Positions 15,552 to 27,700 of a DNA stretch of 64,000 bases are shown piece after piece. The first letter of the stretch is position 1; each line of letters begins with the position of its first letter. The stretch lies in NCBI RefSeq assembly GCF_057098645.1, contig NZ_CM169472.1. The stretch is one strand, 5' to 3'. The translations under genes and the position numbers were made by a program. The notes under the pieces were generated by a model. The model was not told the origin of the DNA, ran no database searches, and saw only the letters and a list, made by a program, of their open reading frames with translations.

Positions 15552-16019
15552 ATGATTAAACGCGTATTGGTTGTTTCAATGGTAGGTCTGTCTCTTGTCG
15601 GTTGTGTTAATAACGACACCCTGTCAGGGGATGTTTATACCGCTTCTGAAGCGAAACAAGTACAGAATGTCAGCTATGGCACCATCGTTAACGTACGTCC
15701 GGTACAGATTCAGGGCGGTGATGATTCCAACGTGATCGGTGCAATTGGCGGTGCTGTTCTTGGTGGTTTCCTGGGAAATACTGTTGGTGGCGGAACCGGG
15801 CGTTCTCTGGCTACTGCAGCAGGCGCTGTTGCAGGTGGCGTAGCCGGTCAGGGCGTACAGAGTGCAATGAACAAAACGCAGGGTGTCGAGCTGGAAATTC
15901 GTAAAGACGATGGTAATACCATCATGGTGGTACAGAAACAAGGCAACACTCGTTTCTCTCCGGGCCAACGTGTCGTACTGGCCAGCAATGGCAGTCAGGT
16001 GACCGTTTCTCCGCGCTAA
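15552..16019 (+). CDS. slyB: Outer membrane lipoprotein SlyB
   Basis: 155 aa, lipobox LVGC, glycine-rich zipper region. Confidence 0.92.
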   Translation: MIKRVLVVSMVGLSLVGCVNNDTLSGDVYTASEAKQVQNVSYGTIVNVRPVQIQGGDDSNVIGAIGGAVLGGFLGNTVGGGTGRSLATAAGAVAGGVAGQGVQSAMNKTQGVELEIRKDDGNTIMVVQKQGNTRFSPGQRVVLASNGSQVTVSPR

Positions 16020-16026
16020 ATAGTTT

Positions 16027-16053
16027 GCGTGTGGTCAGGTTACTGACCACACG
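16027..16053. terminator. Hairpin between convergent slyB and slyA
   Basis: gcgtgtggtcag-gtta-ctgaccacacgc inverted repeat; the T tract is weak. Confidence 0.4.
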
Positions 16054-16064
16054 CCCCCTTCATT

Positions 16065-16505
16065 TCACCCTTTGGCCTGTAACTCAATGATATTATACTC
16101 AAGTTTTGCGATGAGCGTAATCAGTTGTTCCAGTTCCTCTGCGGAGATGCCATGTAAAATTTCCGCGCGGGTTTTGTTAATAACAGCTTCCATTTCGCTG
16201 ATCAGCGGCTCTGCCTTTTCCGTCAGTTTAATACGTTTAGCCCGACGATCGCTGGCACAAGTTTGACGCGAAATTAACCCTTTTTCTTCCAGTTGGTCCA
16301 GAGTACGGACCAGTGATGGCTGCTCGATGCCAATCGCTTTTGCCAGTTGAATTTGCGACTGGTCTGGAGGTAACTGATGGATATTGTGTAACGTAACCCA
16401 ATGGGTTTGTGTTAACTCCAGCGGTTTCAGGCGATGGTCTATCAGAGCACGCCATATGCGCACCAACCGTGCCAGATCAGAACCTAGTGGCGATTCCAAT
16501 TTCAT
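16065..16505 (-). CDS. slyA: MarR-family transcriptional regulator SlyA (annotated start may be the TTG two codons in)
   Basis: Recognised SlyA sequence ([23 protein letters not shown]...). Confidence 0.92.
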   Translation of the reverse strand: MKLESPLGSDLARLVRIWRALIDHRLKPLELTQTHWVTLHNIHQLPPDQSQIQLAKAIGIEQPSLVRTLDQLEEKGLISRQTCASDRRAKRIKLTEKAEPLISEMEAVINKTRAEILHGISAEELEQLITLIAKLEYNIIELQAKG

Positions 16506-16699
16506 CTCCTTATAATTAGCTTGCTAAGATATTATGCGGCTTTTAGAATAGTGTGCAGCAATTGTATTGCTAAAACAAATGTATTGCTGCATTTGGTTAC
16601 CGTCAGACATATTTTTCAGAAATTGCGCGTAAATTTTTCGCACTTAAAGAATATTTATTAATCTAACGCAATATATTCGGTCGTAAAGGAATCTACTTT

Positions 16700-16936
16700 G
16701 TGAAGTTTATGCTCAATGCAACAGGATTGCCCTTACAAGATCTGGTGTTCGGTGCGTCCGTCTACTTTCCTCCGTTTTTCAAAGCCTTCGCGTTTGGATT
16801 CGTCATCTGGCTTGTCGTACACCGCCTGCTTCGTGGCTGGATCTACGCCGGTGACATCTGGCATCCCTTATTAATGGATTTATCGCTGTTTGCGATTTGC
16901 GTTTGCCTTGCTCTGGCAATACTGATTGCGTGGTAA
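16700..16936 (+). CDS. ydhI: Small inner membrane protein YdhI (DUF1656)
   Basis: 78-aa hydrophobic ORF, first gene of ydhIJK, divergent from slyA. Confidence 0.85.
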
Positions 16937-16938
16937 CT

Positions 16939-17796
16939 ATGTCAATTAAAACAATTAAGTATTTCTCAACAATCATTGTAGCGATAGTTGCGGTTCTTGC
17001 CGGATGGTGGTTGTGGAATTATTACATGCAATCTCCGTGGACACGCGACGGGAAAATACGCGCAGAACAGGTTTCTATCACCCCACAGGTGTCGGGACGT
17101 ATTGTTGAGCTGAATATAAAAGACAACCAGCTGGTTAACGCAGGGGATCTTCTGCTCACGATCGATAAAACGCCCTTTCAGATCGCCGAGCTGAATGCAC
17201 AGGCTCAGCTGGCGAAAGCGCAATCTGACCTCGCAAAAGCCAATAACGAAGCGAATCGTCGTCGTCATCTCTCACAAAATTTTATTTCTGCCGAAGAACT
17301 CGATACCGCTAACCTCAATGTTAAAGCGATGCAGGCCAGTGTTAATGCCGCACAGGCGACGCTGAAACAGACACAATGGCAACTGGCGCAAACGGAAATT
17401 CGCGCCCCGGTGAGTGGATGGGTGACTAACCTCACTACCCGCATCGGCGATTACGCTGACACCGGGAAACCGCTTTTTGCCCTTGTCGACAGCCACTCGT
17501 TTTACGTCATTGGTTATTTTGAAGAAACCAAGTTGCGCCATATCCGCGAAGGTGCACCAGCACAAATTACCCTCTATAGTGATAACAAAACGTTACAGGG
17601 TCACGTTTCCAGTATCGGTCGGGCGATTTATGATCAGAGCGTTGAAAGTGACTCAAGCCTTATTCCGGATGTGAAACCTAACGTCCCCTGGGTTCGTCTC
17701 GCCCAACGCGTTCCCGTCCGCTTTGCGCTGGATAAAGTTCCAGGCGATGTCACGCTGGTGTCGGGCACCACCTGTAGCATTGCCGTAGGTCAATAA
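16939..17796 (+). CDS. ydhJ: HlyD-family membrane fusion protein YdhJ
   Basis: Start taken at MSIKTIKYF (ATG at 16939); coiled-coil periplasmic adaptor features. Confidence 0.85.
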   Translation: MSIKTIKYFSTIIVAIVAVLAGWWLWNYYMQSPWTRDGKIRAEQVSITPQVSGRIVELNIKDNQLVNAGDLLLTIDKTPFQIAELNAQAQLAKAQSDLAKANNEANRRRHLSQNFISAEELDTANLNVKAMQASVNAAQATLKQTQWQLAQTEIRAPVSGWVTNLTTRIGDYADTGKPLFALVDSHSFYVIGYFEETKLRHIREGAPAQITLYSDNKTLQGHVSSIGRAIYDQSVESDSSLIPDVKPNVPWVRLAQRVPVRFALDKVPGDVTLVSGTTCSIAVGQ

Positions 17797-19808
17797 TGAA
17801 CGCATCGTCATGGTCCTTGCGCAATTTGCCCTGGTTCAGGGCCACGCTGGCGCAATGGCGTTATGCGTTACGCAATACCATTGCCATGTGTCTGGCGCTG
17901 ACGGTTGCCTATTATTTGAATCTGGATGAACCCTATTGGGCGATGACCTCGGCTGCAGTGGTTAGCTTTCCCACCGTTGGCGGTGTCATCAGCAAAAGCC
18001 TCGGACGCATCGCTGGCAGTTTACTGGGAGCCATTGCGGCACTGCTTCTTGCCGGGCATACGCTCAATGAGCCGTGGTTTTTTCTATTGAGCATGTTGGC
18101 GTGGCTTGGCTTTTGTACCTGGGCCTGTGCGCACTTCACGAATAACGTCGCGTATGCATTTCAACTGGCGGGCTACACGGCTGCCATCATCGCCTTTCCG
18201 ATGGTTAATATTACTGAGGCCAGCCAGCTGTGGGATATCGCTCAGGCGCGCGTTTGCGAGGTGATTGTCGGTATTTTGTGCGGCGGCATGATGATGATGA
18301 TCCTGCCTAGCAGTTCCGATGCTACAGCCCTTTTAACCGCATTGAAAAACATGCACGCCCGATTACTGGAACATGCCAGTTTACTCTGGCAGCCTGAAAC
18401 AACCGATGCCATTCGTGCAGCACATGAAGGGGTGATTGGGCAGATACTGACCATGAATTTGCTGCGTATCCAGGCTTTCTGGAGCCACTATCGTTTTCGC
18501 CAGCAAAACGCGCGCCTTAATGCGCTACTCCACCAGCAATTACGTATGACCAGTGTCATCTCCAGCCTGCGACGTATGTTGCTCAACTGGCCCTCACCGC
18601 CAGGTGCCACGCGAGAAATTCTCGAACAGTTGCTGACGGCGCTCGCCAGTTCGCAAACAGATGTTTACACCGTCGCACGTATTATCGCCCCGCTACGCCC
18701 GACCAACGTCGCCGACTATCGGCACGTCGCCTTCTGGCAGCGACTACGTTATTTTTGCCGCCTTTATCTGCAAAGTAGTCAGGAATTACATCGTCTGCAA
18801 AGCGGTGTAGATGAACATGCCAGACTCCCACGGACATCCGGCCTGGCTCGTCATACCGATAACGCCGAAGCTATGTGGAGCGGGCTGCGTACATTTTGTA
18901 CGTTGATGATGATTGGCGCATGGAGTATTGCTTCGCAATGGGATGCCGGTGCCAATGCATTAACGCTGGCAGCAATTAGCTGCGTACTCTACTCCGCCGT
19001 CGCAGCACCGTTTAAGTCGTTGTCACTGCTGATGCGCACGCTGGTGTTACTTTCGCTATTCAGCTTTGTGGTCAAATTTGGTCTGATGGTCCAGATTAGC
19101 GATCTGTGGCAATTTTTACTGTTTCTCTTTCCACTGCTGGCGACAATGCAGCTTCTTAAATTGCAGATGCCAAAATTTGCCGCACTGTGGGGGCAACTGA
19201 TTGTTTTTATGGGTTCGTTTATCGCTGTCACTAATCCCCCGGTGTATGATTTTGCTGATTTTCTTAACGATAATCTGGCGAAAATCGTTGGCGTCGCGTT
19301 GGCGTGGTTAGCGTTCGCCATTCTGCGTCCAGGATCGGATGCTCGTAAAAGCCGCCGCCATATTCGCGCGCTGCGTCGGGATTTTGTCGATCAACTAAGC
19401 CGCCATCCAACACTGAGTGAAAGCGAATTTGAATCGCTCACTTATCATCACGTCAGTCAGTTGAGTAACAGCCAGGATGCGCTGGCTCGCCGTTGGTTAT
19501 TACGCTGGGGTGTAGTGCTGCTGAACTGTTCTCATGTTGTCTGGCAATTACGCGACTGGGAATCGCGTTCCGATCCGTTATCGCGAGTACGGGATAACTG
19601 TATTTCACTGTTGCGGGGAGTGATGAGTGAGCGTGGCGTTCAGCAAAAATCACTGGCGGCCACACTTGAAGAATTACAGCGGATTTGCGACAGCCTTGCC
19701 CGTCATCATCAACCTGCCGCCCGTGAGCTGGCGGCAATTGTCTGGCGGCTGTACTGCTCGCTTTCGCAACTTGAGCAAGCACCACCGCAAGGTACGCTGG
19801 CCTCTTAA
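17796..19808 (+). CDS. ydhK: Putative efflux transporter YdhK (fusaric-acid-resistance / aromatic acid exporter family)
   Basis: 670-aa membrane protein; start overlaps the ydhJ stop. Confidence 0.85.
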   Translation: MNASSWSLRNLPWFRATLAQWRYALRNTIAMCLALTVAYYLNLDEPYWAMTSAAVVSFPTVGGVISKSLGRIAGSLLGAIAALLLAGHTLNEPWFFLLSMLAWLGFCTWACAHFTNNVAYAFQLAGYTAAIIAFPMVNITEASQLWDIAQARVCEVIVGILCGGMMMMILPSSSDATALLTALKNMHARLLEHASLLWQPETTDAIRAAHEGVIGQILTMNLLRIQAFWSHYRFRQQNARLNALLHQQLRMTSVISSLRRMLLNWPSPPGATREILEQLLTALASSQTDVYTVARIIAPLRPTNVADYRHVAFWQRLRYFCRLYLQSSQELHRLQSGVDEHARLPRTSGLARHTDNAEAMWSGLRTFCTLMMIGAWSIASQWDAGANALTLAAISCVLYSAVAAPFKSLSLLMRTLVLLSLFSFVVKFGLMVQISDLWQFLLFLFPLLATMQLLKLQMPKFAALWGQLIVFMGSFIAVTNPPVYDFADFLNDNLAKIVGVALAWLAFAILRPGSDARKSRRHIRALRRDFVDQLSRHPTLSESEFESLTYHHVSQLSNSQDALARRWLLRWGVVLLNCSHVVWQLRDWESRSDPLSRVRDNCISLLRGVMSERGVQQKSLAATLEELQRICDSLARHHQPAARELAAIVWRLYCSLSQLEQAPPQGTLAS

Positions 19809-20330
19809 TTACTTAATTACACCACAGGCATAGCGTTCACCGCCACCGCCCAGCGGTTTAGGTTGATCGGACATATTATCGCCGCCAACGTGGACCATCA
19901 GCGCTTTGTCTTTGATTTCATCCAGTGATTTCAGACGAGGCGCGATGACGGCATCGGTAGCTTTGCCGTCATTATTGACGACCAGTGCAGGCAGATCGCC
20001 TAAATGCCCGGCACCTTCTGGCCCTTCATGTTTACCGGTATTTTGTGGATCAAGATGCCCGCCTGCGGATTCCGCGGCGCTGGCTTTGCCATCTTTGGTG
20101 GCTGGCTGGCAGCTTCCTTTGGCATGAATATGGAAGCCATGTTCACCGGGGGGTAATGCTTTCAGATCGGGCGAAAACTCCAGACCTTTATCGGTTTCAG
20201 TAATGGTGACGCTACCAATTGACTGCCCAACCCCTTGCGACGTGACGAGGTTCATCTCGACTTTTTCACTGGCAGCTTGTGCGCCGGTCGCAACAACCAG
20301 CGCCAGAATAGCCAGACTAAAACGTTTCAT
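19809..20330 (-). CDS. sodC: Periplasmic Cu,Zn superoxide dismutase
   Basis: Start taken at MKRFSLAIL (signal peptide); Cu/Zn-binding His-rich core. Confidence 0.92.
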   Translation of the reverse strand: MKRFSLAILALVVATGAQAASEKVEMNLVTSQGVGQSIGSVTITETDKGLEFSPDLKALPPGEHGFHIHAKGSCQPATKDGKASAAESAGGHLDPQNTGKHEGPEGAGHLGDLPALVVNNDGKATDAVIAPRLKSLDEIKDKALMVHVGGDNMSDQPKPLGGGGERYACGVIK

Positions 20331-20410
20331 AGGACCTCCGTTCATTGTGCATTCCTGAATAAGTGTAAACCAGTGACACATTTTTGAACGGCGGCTATTC
20401 CTAAAAGTGC

Positions 20411-21307
20411 TTACGGTACGTCGTAACCCAGTGCCGCTTTACGGATACGAAACCATTGTTGACGGGTCATTTTCAGTGTTTCTGCTTCGACAGCTGCCCG
20501 TACGCGCTCAATTTTACCTGAGCCGATAATTGGCAGCGGCTGCGATGGTAAACGTAATACCCAGGCGTAAACCACCTGTTCAATCGAGCCCGCGTTTAAC
20601 TCCTCTGCCACCACAGCCAGTTCATCACGCAGCGGCTGGAAATAATCATCATTAAACAGACGACCACCACCAAGGCAGGACCACGCCATCGGACGAACAC
20701 GCAGTTGTTGCAGTTGGTCGAGCGTGCCATCCAGCAGTAACGGCTGATGTACCGGGGATATTTCCACCTGATTAGTGGCAAGGGTAAACGGCAGACGTGA
20801 TTGCAACAGGGCAAATTGCGCAGGCGTAAAGTTCGATACGCCAAAATGACGCACTTTGCCGCTCTGATGCAGATGTTTGAACGCGTCCGCCACTTCATCG
20901 GCATCCATTAACGGGTCCGGGCGGTGGATTAACAGCAGATCCAGATGATCGGTCGCAAGATTAATTAGCGACTGTTCGGCGCTCTTAATGATGTGATCGC
21001 GGTCAGTGATGTAATGACCAATGACGTTTTCTTCACGCGCGGTCGTCGCGATACCGCATTTACTGACGATTTCCATCCGCTCACGCAGGTGAGGTGCCAG
21101 TTTCAGCGCCTCGCCAAACGCCGCTTCGCACTGATAGCCACCATAAATATCAGCATGGTCCACGGTGGTCACGCCGAGATCCAGATGCTCTTCAATAAAA
21201 CTGACCAGCTGGCGGGCGGACATGTTCCAGTCCATCAATCGCCAGTAGCCCATCACAAAACGGGAAAACTCCGGGCCTTGCGGCGCAATAGTAATACGCT
21301 GAACCAT
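20411..21307 (-). CDS. ydhF: Aldo-keto reductase family oxidoreductase YdhF
   Basis: 298 aa, recognised AKR-family sequence; conserved position. Confidence 0.88.
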   Translation of the reverse strand: MVQRITIAPQGPEFSRFVMGYWRLMDWNMSARQLVSFIEEHLDLGVTTVDHADIYGGYQCEAAFGEALKLAPHLRERMEIVSKCGIATTAREENVIGHYITDRDHIIKSAEQSLINLATDHLDLLLIHRPDPLMDADEVADAFKHLHQSGKVRHFGVSNFTPAQFALLQSRLPFTLATNQVEISPVHQPLLLDGTLDQLQQLRVRPMAWSCLGGGRLFNDDYFQPLRDELAVVAEELNAGSIEQVVYAWVLRLPSQPLPIIGSGKIERVRAAVEAETLKMTRQQWFRIRKAALGYDVP

Positions 21308-21355
21308 AATCGCTTCCTCTTATCAGATATGAGAGGAGTATACGCAAGATTAGGC

Positions 21356-21595
21356 TCAAAAGAGTGATGGTTGCTCCGGTTCGTCTGATGACGCTGGCTT
21401 ATTTGCACGTAATTTGCGCATTAATCGTTGCCGACAAAGGCGCAGCACCTCTTGTTTTTCGCCATCGCTCATTTTATTCCAGTTAAAACGCTCATCCCGA
21501 CTACGAAAACAGCCGCGACAAAACCCGCGTTCGTCAGACTGGCAAATTCCCCGGCACGGGCTCTGGACGGGAAAGAACTCTAATTGCTCCGCCAC
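21356..21595 (-). CDS. ydhL: DUF1289 Cys-rich small protein YdhL (79 aa, GTG start)
   Basis: The track ORF is an upstream extension; GTG at 21593-21595 gives the 79-aa form with CRGICQSDERGFCRGC. Confidence 0.75.
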   Translation of the reverse strand: MAEQLEFFPVQSPCRGICQSDERGFCRGCFRSRDERFNWNKMSDGEKQEVLRLCRQRLMRKLRANKPASSDEPEQPSLF

Positions 21596-21697
21596 TTCGC
21601 CCTCCTCAAATAAGATTATTACCATTATTGAAGCTGTTAATGCCCAAAGTAGCAACTTTGCTTGCACTAGACCGACTGGTCTACTACACTCCAACGC

Positions 21698-22297
21698 ATG
21701 AACAAACACACCGAACATGATACTCGCGAACATCTCCTGGCGACGGGCGAGCAACTTTGCCTGCAACGTGGATTCACCGGGATGGGGCTAAGCGAATTAC
21801 TAAAAACCGCTGAAGTGCCGAAAGGGTCCTTCTATCACTACTTTCGCTCTAAAGAAGCGTTTGGCGTAGCCATGCTTGAGCGCCATTACGCCGCATATCA
21901 CCAGCGACTGACTGAGTTGCTGCAATCCGGCGAAGGTAACTACCGCGACCGCATACTGGCTTATTACCAGCAAACACTGAACCAGTTTTGCCAACATGGA
22001 ACCATCAGTGGTTGCCTGACAGTAAAACTCTCTGCCGAAGTGTGCGATCTGTCAGAAGATATGCGTAGCGCGATGGATAAAGGCGCTCGCGGCGTGATCG
22101 CCCTGCTCTCGCAGGCTCTGGAAAATGGCCGTGATAGCCATTGTTTAACCTTTTGTGGCGAACCGCTGCAACAGGCACAAGTGCTTTACGCACTATGGCT
22201 GGGTGCGAATCTGCAGGCCAAAATTTCGCGCAATTCCGAGCCACTGGAAAACGCGCTGGCACATGTAAAAACCATTATTGCGACGCCTGCCGTTTAG
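21698..22297 (+). CDS. nemR: TetR-family electrophile-sensing repressor NemR
   Basis: 199 aa, TetR-type N-terminal HTH; directly upstream of nemA. Confidence 0.9.
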   Translation: MNKHTEHDTREHLLATGEQLCLQRGFTGMGLSELLKTAEVPKGSFYHYFRSKEAFGVAMLERHYAAYHQRLTELLQSGEGNYRDRILAYYQQTLNQFCQHGTISGCLTVKLSAEVCDLSEDMRSAMDKGARGVIALLSQALENGRDSHCLTFCGEPLQQAQVLYALWLGANLQAKISRNSEPLENALAHVKTIIATPAV

Positions 22298-22333
22298 CAG
22301 GCATTTTTTATCACCAGACGACCGGGAGCCTTT

Positions 22334-23431
22334 ATGTCATCTGAAAAACTGTATTCCCCACTGAAAGTGGGCGCAATAACTGCGGCAAACCGTATTTTTA
22401 TGGCACCGCTGACGCGTCTGCGCAGTATTGAACCGGGTGACATCCCTACCCCGTTGATGGCGGAATACTATCGCCAACGTGCCAGTGCCGGTTTGATTAT
22501 TAGCGAAGCCACGCAAATTTCTGCCCAGGCAAAAGGGTATGCTGGTGCACCTGGCATCCATAGTCCGGAACAAATTGCCGCATGGAAAAAAATTACCGCT
22601 GGCGTTCATGCTGAAAATGGTCATATGGCCGTACAGCTGTGGCACACCGGACGCATTTCTCACGCCAGCCTGCAACCTGGCGGTCAGGCACCGGTAGCGC
22701 CTTCAGCACTTAGCGCGGGAACACGTACTTCTCTGCGCGATGAAAATGGTCAGGCGATCCGTGTTGAAACATCCATGCCGCGTGCGCTTGAACTGGAAGA
22801 GATTCCAGGTATCGTCAATGATTTCCGTCAGGCCATTGCTAACGCGCGTGAAGCCGGTTTTGATCTGGTAGAGCTCCACTCTGCTCACGGTTATTTGCTG
22901 CATCAGTTCCTTTCCCCTTCTTCAAACCATCGTACCGATCAGTACGGCGGCAGCGTGGAAAATCGCGCACGTTTGGTACTGGAAGTGGTCGATGCCGGGA
23001 TTGAAGAATGGGGTGCCGATCGCATTGGCATTCGCGTTTCGCCAATCGGTACTTTCCAGAACACAGATAACGGCCCGAATGAAGAAGCCGATGCACTGTA
23101 TCTGATTGAACAACTGGGTAAACGCGGCATTGCTTATCTGCATATGTCAGAACCAGATTGGGCGGGAGGTGAACCGTATACTGATGCGTTCCGCGAAAAA
23201 GTACGCGCCCGTTTCCACGGTCCGATTATCGGCGCAGGTGCATACACGGTAGAAAAAGCCGAAACGCTGATTGGCAAAGGGTTAATTGATGCGGTGGCAT
23301 TTGGTCGTGACTGGATTGCGAACCCGGATCTGGTCGCCCGCTTGCAGCGCAAAGCTGAGCTTAACCCACAGCGTGCTGAAAGTTTCTATGGTGGCGGTGC
23401 GGAAGGCTACACTGATTACCCGACGTTGTAA
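22334..23431 (+). CDS. nemA: N-ethylmaleimide reductase (Old Yellow Enzyme family, FMN)
   Basis: 365 aa OYE-family sequence. Confidence 0.92.
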
Positions 23432-23511
23432 TCCAACATTGCGAGCGGCGCAAAGCCGCCGCTATACTAAAACAACATTTTGAATCTGTTAGCCATTTTG
23501 AGGATAAAAAG

Positions 23512-23919
23512 ATGCGTCTTCTTCATACCATGCTGCGCGTTGGCGATTTGCAACGCTCCATCGATTTTTATACCAAAGTTCTGGGCATGAAACTGCTGCG
23601 TACCAGCGAAAACCCGGAATACAAATACTCACTGGCGTTTGTTGGCTACGGCCCGGAAACCGAAGAAGCGGTGATTGAACTGACCTACAACTGGGGCGTG
23701 GATAAATACGAACTCGGCACTGCTTATGGTCACATCGCGCTTAGCGTAGATAATGCCGCTGAAGCGTGCGAAAAAATCCGTCAAAACGGGGGTAACGTGA
23801 CCCGTGAAGCGGGTCCGGTAAAAGGCGGTACTACGGTTATCGCGTTTGTGGAAGATCCGGACGGTTACAAAATTGAGTTAATCGAAGAGAAAGACGCCGG
23901 TCGCGGTCTGGGCAACTAA
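23512..23919 (+). CDS. gloA: Glyoxalase I (lactoylglutathione lyase)
   Basis: 135 aa, recognised GloA ([21 protein letters not shown]...). Confidence 0.93.
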
Positions 23920-24021
23920 TCTCCTGCCGGGCGCGAACTCATCGCGCCCGCATCTTTACTGCATCGACAAGTAATATTTGTCATAATGCGCGCTGCAATT
24001 TATCCGTATTAAGAGAATCAG

Positions 24022-24669
24022 ATGTCCGATAACGCTCAACTTACCGGTCTGTGCGACCGTTTTCGTGGTTTTTATCCTGTTGTGATCGATGTTGAAACAG
24101 CTGGATTTAACGCCAAAACCGATGCGCTGCTTGAGATTGCCGCCATCACCCTGAAAATGGATGAACAAGGCTGGCTGATGCCGGACACCACATTACATTT
24201 CCACGTCGAACCATTTGTCGGCGCAAATTTGCAGCCAGAGGCCCTCGCCTTCAACGGCATTGACCCGAACGATCCCGATCGCGGCGCGGTCAGCGAATAC
24301 GAGGCGCTGCACGAAATTTTTAAAGTTGTACGTAAAGGTATTAAAGCGAGCGGCTGTAACCGCGCCATTATGGTGGCACACAACGCCAATTTCGATCACA
24401 GCTTTATGATGGCCGCCGCTGAACGCGCCTCACTGAAACGTAACCCGTTCCACCCTTTCGCCACTTTTGACACTGCTGCACTGGCCGGGCTGGCACTCGG
24501 ACAAACCGTATTGTCAAAGGCTTGCCAGACCGCTGGCATGGACTTCGACAGCACCCAGGCGCACTCCGCGCTGTACGACACCGAACGCACTGCGGTGCTG
24601 TTTTGTGAAATCGTCAACCGCTGGAAACGTCTGGGAGGCTGGCCGCTACCTGCCGCCGAAGAGGTGTAA
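24022..24669 (+). CDS. rnt: Ribonuclease T (DEDDh exonuclease)
   Basis: 215 aa, recognised RNase T sequence. Confidence 0.92.
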
Positions 24670-24761
24670 TCGAGTCGATGCCTGATGACATGCAATGATT
24701 CAGGCATCTATAGTGAGGCTATTCCACGCATCATGCATGATATTCACGGGGAATAGCGTTA

Positions 24762-27700
24762 ATGGCAGATAATCCAAACCCTTCATCGCCCCTGCCGGAC
24801 GTGTTTTCACCGGCGACCCGCGACTGGTTTCTTCGCGCCTTTAAACAGCCGACCGCTGTCCAGTCGCAAACCTGGCATGTGGCGGCGCGAGGCGAACATG
24901 CGCTGGTGATTGCACCGACCGGCTCCGGGAAAACGCTGGCAGCATTTCTCTACGCCCTCGATCGGCTCTTCCGCGAAGGCGGCGAAGATACCCGCGAGGC
25001 GCATAAGCGTAAAACCTCACGCATTCTCTATATTTCACCGATAAAAGCCCTGGGCACCGACGTTCAGCGCAACTTACAGATCCCGTTACAGGGTATTGCC
25101 GATGAACGGCGGCGGCGCGGCGAAACGGAAGTCAATCTTCGCGTGGGGATCCGTACTGGCGATACGCCTGCACAGGAACGCAGCAAACTCACCCGTAATC
25201 CGCCGGATATTCTGATCACCACACCCGAATCACTCTATCTGATGCTGACCTCCCGCGCGCGCGAAACGCTACGCGGCGTCGAAACGGTAATTATTGATGA
25301 AGTCCACGCGGTAGCGGGCAGTAAACGTGGTGCGCATCTGGCGTTAAGTCTGGAGCGGCTCGATGCGCTGCTCCACACCTCAGCACAGCGAATTGGCCTT
25401 TCTGCCACTGTGCGCTCAGCCAGCGATGTGGCAGCATTTCTTGGCGGCGATCGCCCGGTTACGGTAGTCAACCCGCCCGCAATGCGCCATCCGCAGATAC
25501 GGATTGTCGTACCAGTCGCCAATATGGATGATGTCTCACCGGTCGCCAGCGGCACTGGCGAAGACAGCCATGCCGGCCGGGAAGGCTCCATCTGGCCATA
25601 TATTGAAACGGGTATCCTTGATGAAGTGTTGCGCCATCGCTCGACCATTGTCTTTACTAATTCGCGGGGGCTGGCGGAAAAACTGACGGCACGATTAAAT
25701 GAGCTTTACGCCGCACGCTTACAGCGTTCCCCGTCTATCGCCGCTGATGCGGCCCATTTCGAGTCGACCTCTGGCGCAACCTCTAACCGTGTACAAAGTA
25801 GCGACGTTTTTATTGCCCGCTCACACCACGGCTCCGTCTCTAAAGAACAACGAGCAATCACCGAGCAGGCGCTGAAATCGGGTGAGTTACGCTGCGTGGT
25901 CGCAACTTCCAGTCTCGAACTGGGGATTGATATGGGCGCTGTGGATCTGGTGATTCAGGTGGCAACGCCGCTTTCTGTTGCCAGTGGGTTACAACGCATT
26001 GGACGTGCCGGACACCAGGTAGGAGGTATCTCCAAAGGGCTTTTTTTCCCCCGAACCCGGCGTGACTTAGTCGATTCCGCAGTCATTGTAGAGTGTATGT
26101 TCGCAGGCAGGCTGGAAAACCTGACACCTCCGCATAATCCACTCGACGTCCTTGCGCAGCAAACCGTTGCCGCCGCGGCGATGGATGCATTACAGGTAGA
26201 CGAATGGTACTCCCGCGTACGCCGTGCCGCACCGTGGAAAGATCTGCCAAGACGTGTTTTTGACGCCACGCTGGATATGCTTTCCGGGCGCTATCCCTCT
26301 GGCGATTTTTCTGCTTTTCGACCAAAACTGGTCTGGAACAGGGAGACCGGGATATTGACCGCCCGACCTGGCGCTCAGCTGTTGGCAGTTACCAGCGGTG
26401 GCACCATTCCGGATCGTGGCATGTATAGCGTGTTATTACCCGAAGGTGAAGAACAGGCCGGTTCGCGGCGGGTGGGTGAACTGGATGAGGAGATGGTATA
26501 TGAGTCGCGGGTGAACGATATTATCACTCTCGGCGCAACCTCATGGCGGATCCAGCAAATCACCCGCGATCAGGTGATTGTGACTCCTGCTCCGGGTCGT
26601 TCTGCCCGGCTCCCCTTCTGGCGTGGTGAAGGTAACGGACGTCCGGCTGAATTAGGCGAGATGATTGGCGATTTTCTTCATTTGCTGGCGGATGGAGCGT
26701 TCTTTTCCGGGACTATTCCCCCGTGGCTGGCTGAAGAAAATACGATCGCCAATATTCAGGGGTTGATTGACGAGCAGCGCAACGCGACGGGCATCGTTCC
26801 GGGGAGTCGTCATCTGGTCCTCGAACGGTGCCGTGATGAAATTGGCGACTGGCGTATTATTTTGCACTCTCCCTATGGAAGACGGGTGCATGAACCTTGG
26901 GCGCTGGCGATTGCCGGGCGAATACATGCGCTATGGGGCGCTGATGCGTCTGTGGTCGCCAGTGATGACGGCATTGTTGCGCGCATTCCTGACACTGATG
27001 GTAAATTGCCTGACGCCGCGATTTTTTTGTTTGAACCAGAAAAGTTGCTGCAAATTGTCCGCGAGGCGGTAGGCAGCTCAGCACTTTTCGCCGCCCGTTT
27101 TCGCGAATGCGCCGCGCGGGCGTTATTAATGCCGGGCCGCACGCCGGGCCATCGCACCCCGCTCTGGCAACAACGGCTGCGCGCCAGTCAGTTGCTGGAA
27201 ATCGCTCAGGGATATCCGGATTTTCCGGTCATTCTCGAAACCCTACGCGAATGTCTGCAAGATGTTTATGATCTTCCCGCACTGGAACGTTTGATGCGTC
27301 GCCTGAACGGTGGCGAAATTCAAATATCCGATGTAACGACTACTACGCCCTCGCCTTTCGCCACAAGTTTATTGTTCGGCTATGTCGCGGAATTTATGTA
27401 CCAGAGCGACGCCCCGCTGGCAGAGCGCCGGGCATCCGTACTGTCGCTGGACAGCGAGTTACTGCGCAATCTACTCGGACAGGTCGATCCGGGGGAATTA
27501 CTCGACCCGCAGGTCATTCGCCAGGTGGAAGAAGAGTTGCAACGACTGGCTCCTGGCAGAAGAGCGAAAGGTGAAGAAGGATTGTTCGACCTGCTGCGCG
27601 AACTGGGGCCAATGACCGTTGAAGACCTGGCGCAACGGCATACAGGCAGCAGTGAAGAGATTGCGTCGTATCTGGAAAATCTTCTTACAGTAAAACGAAT

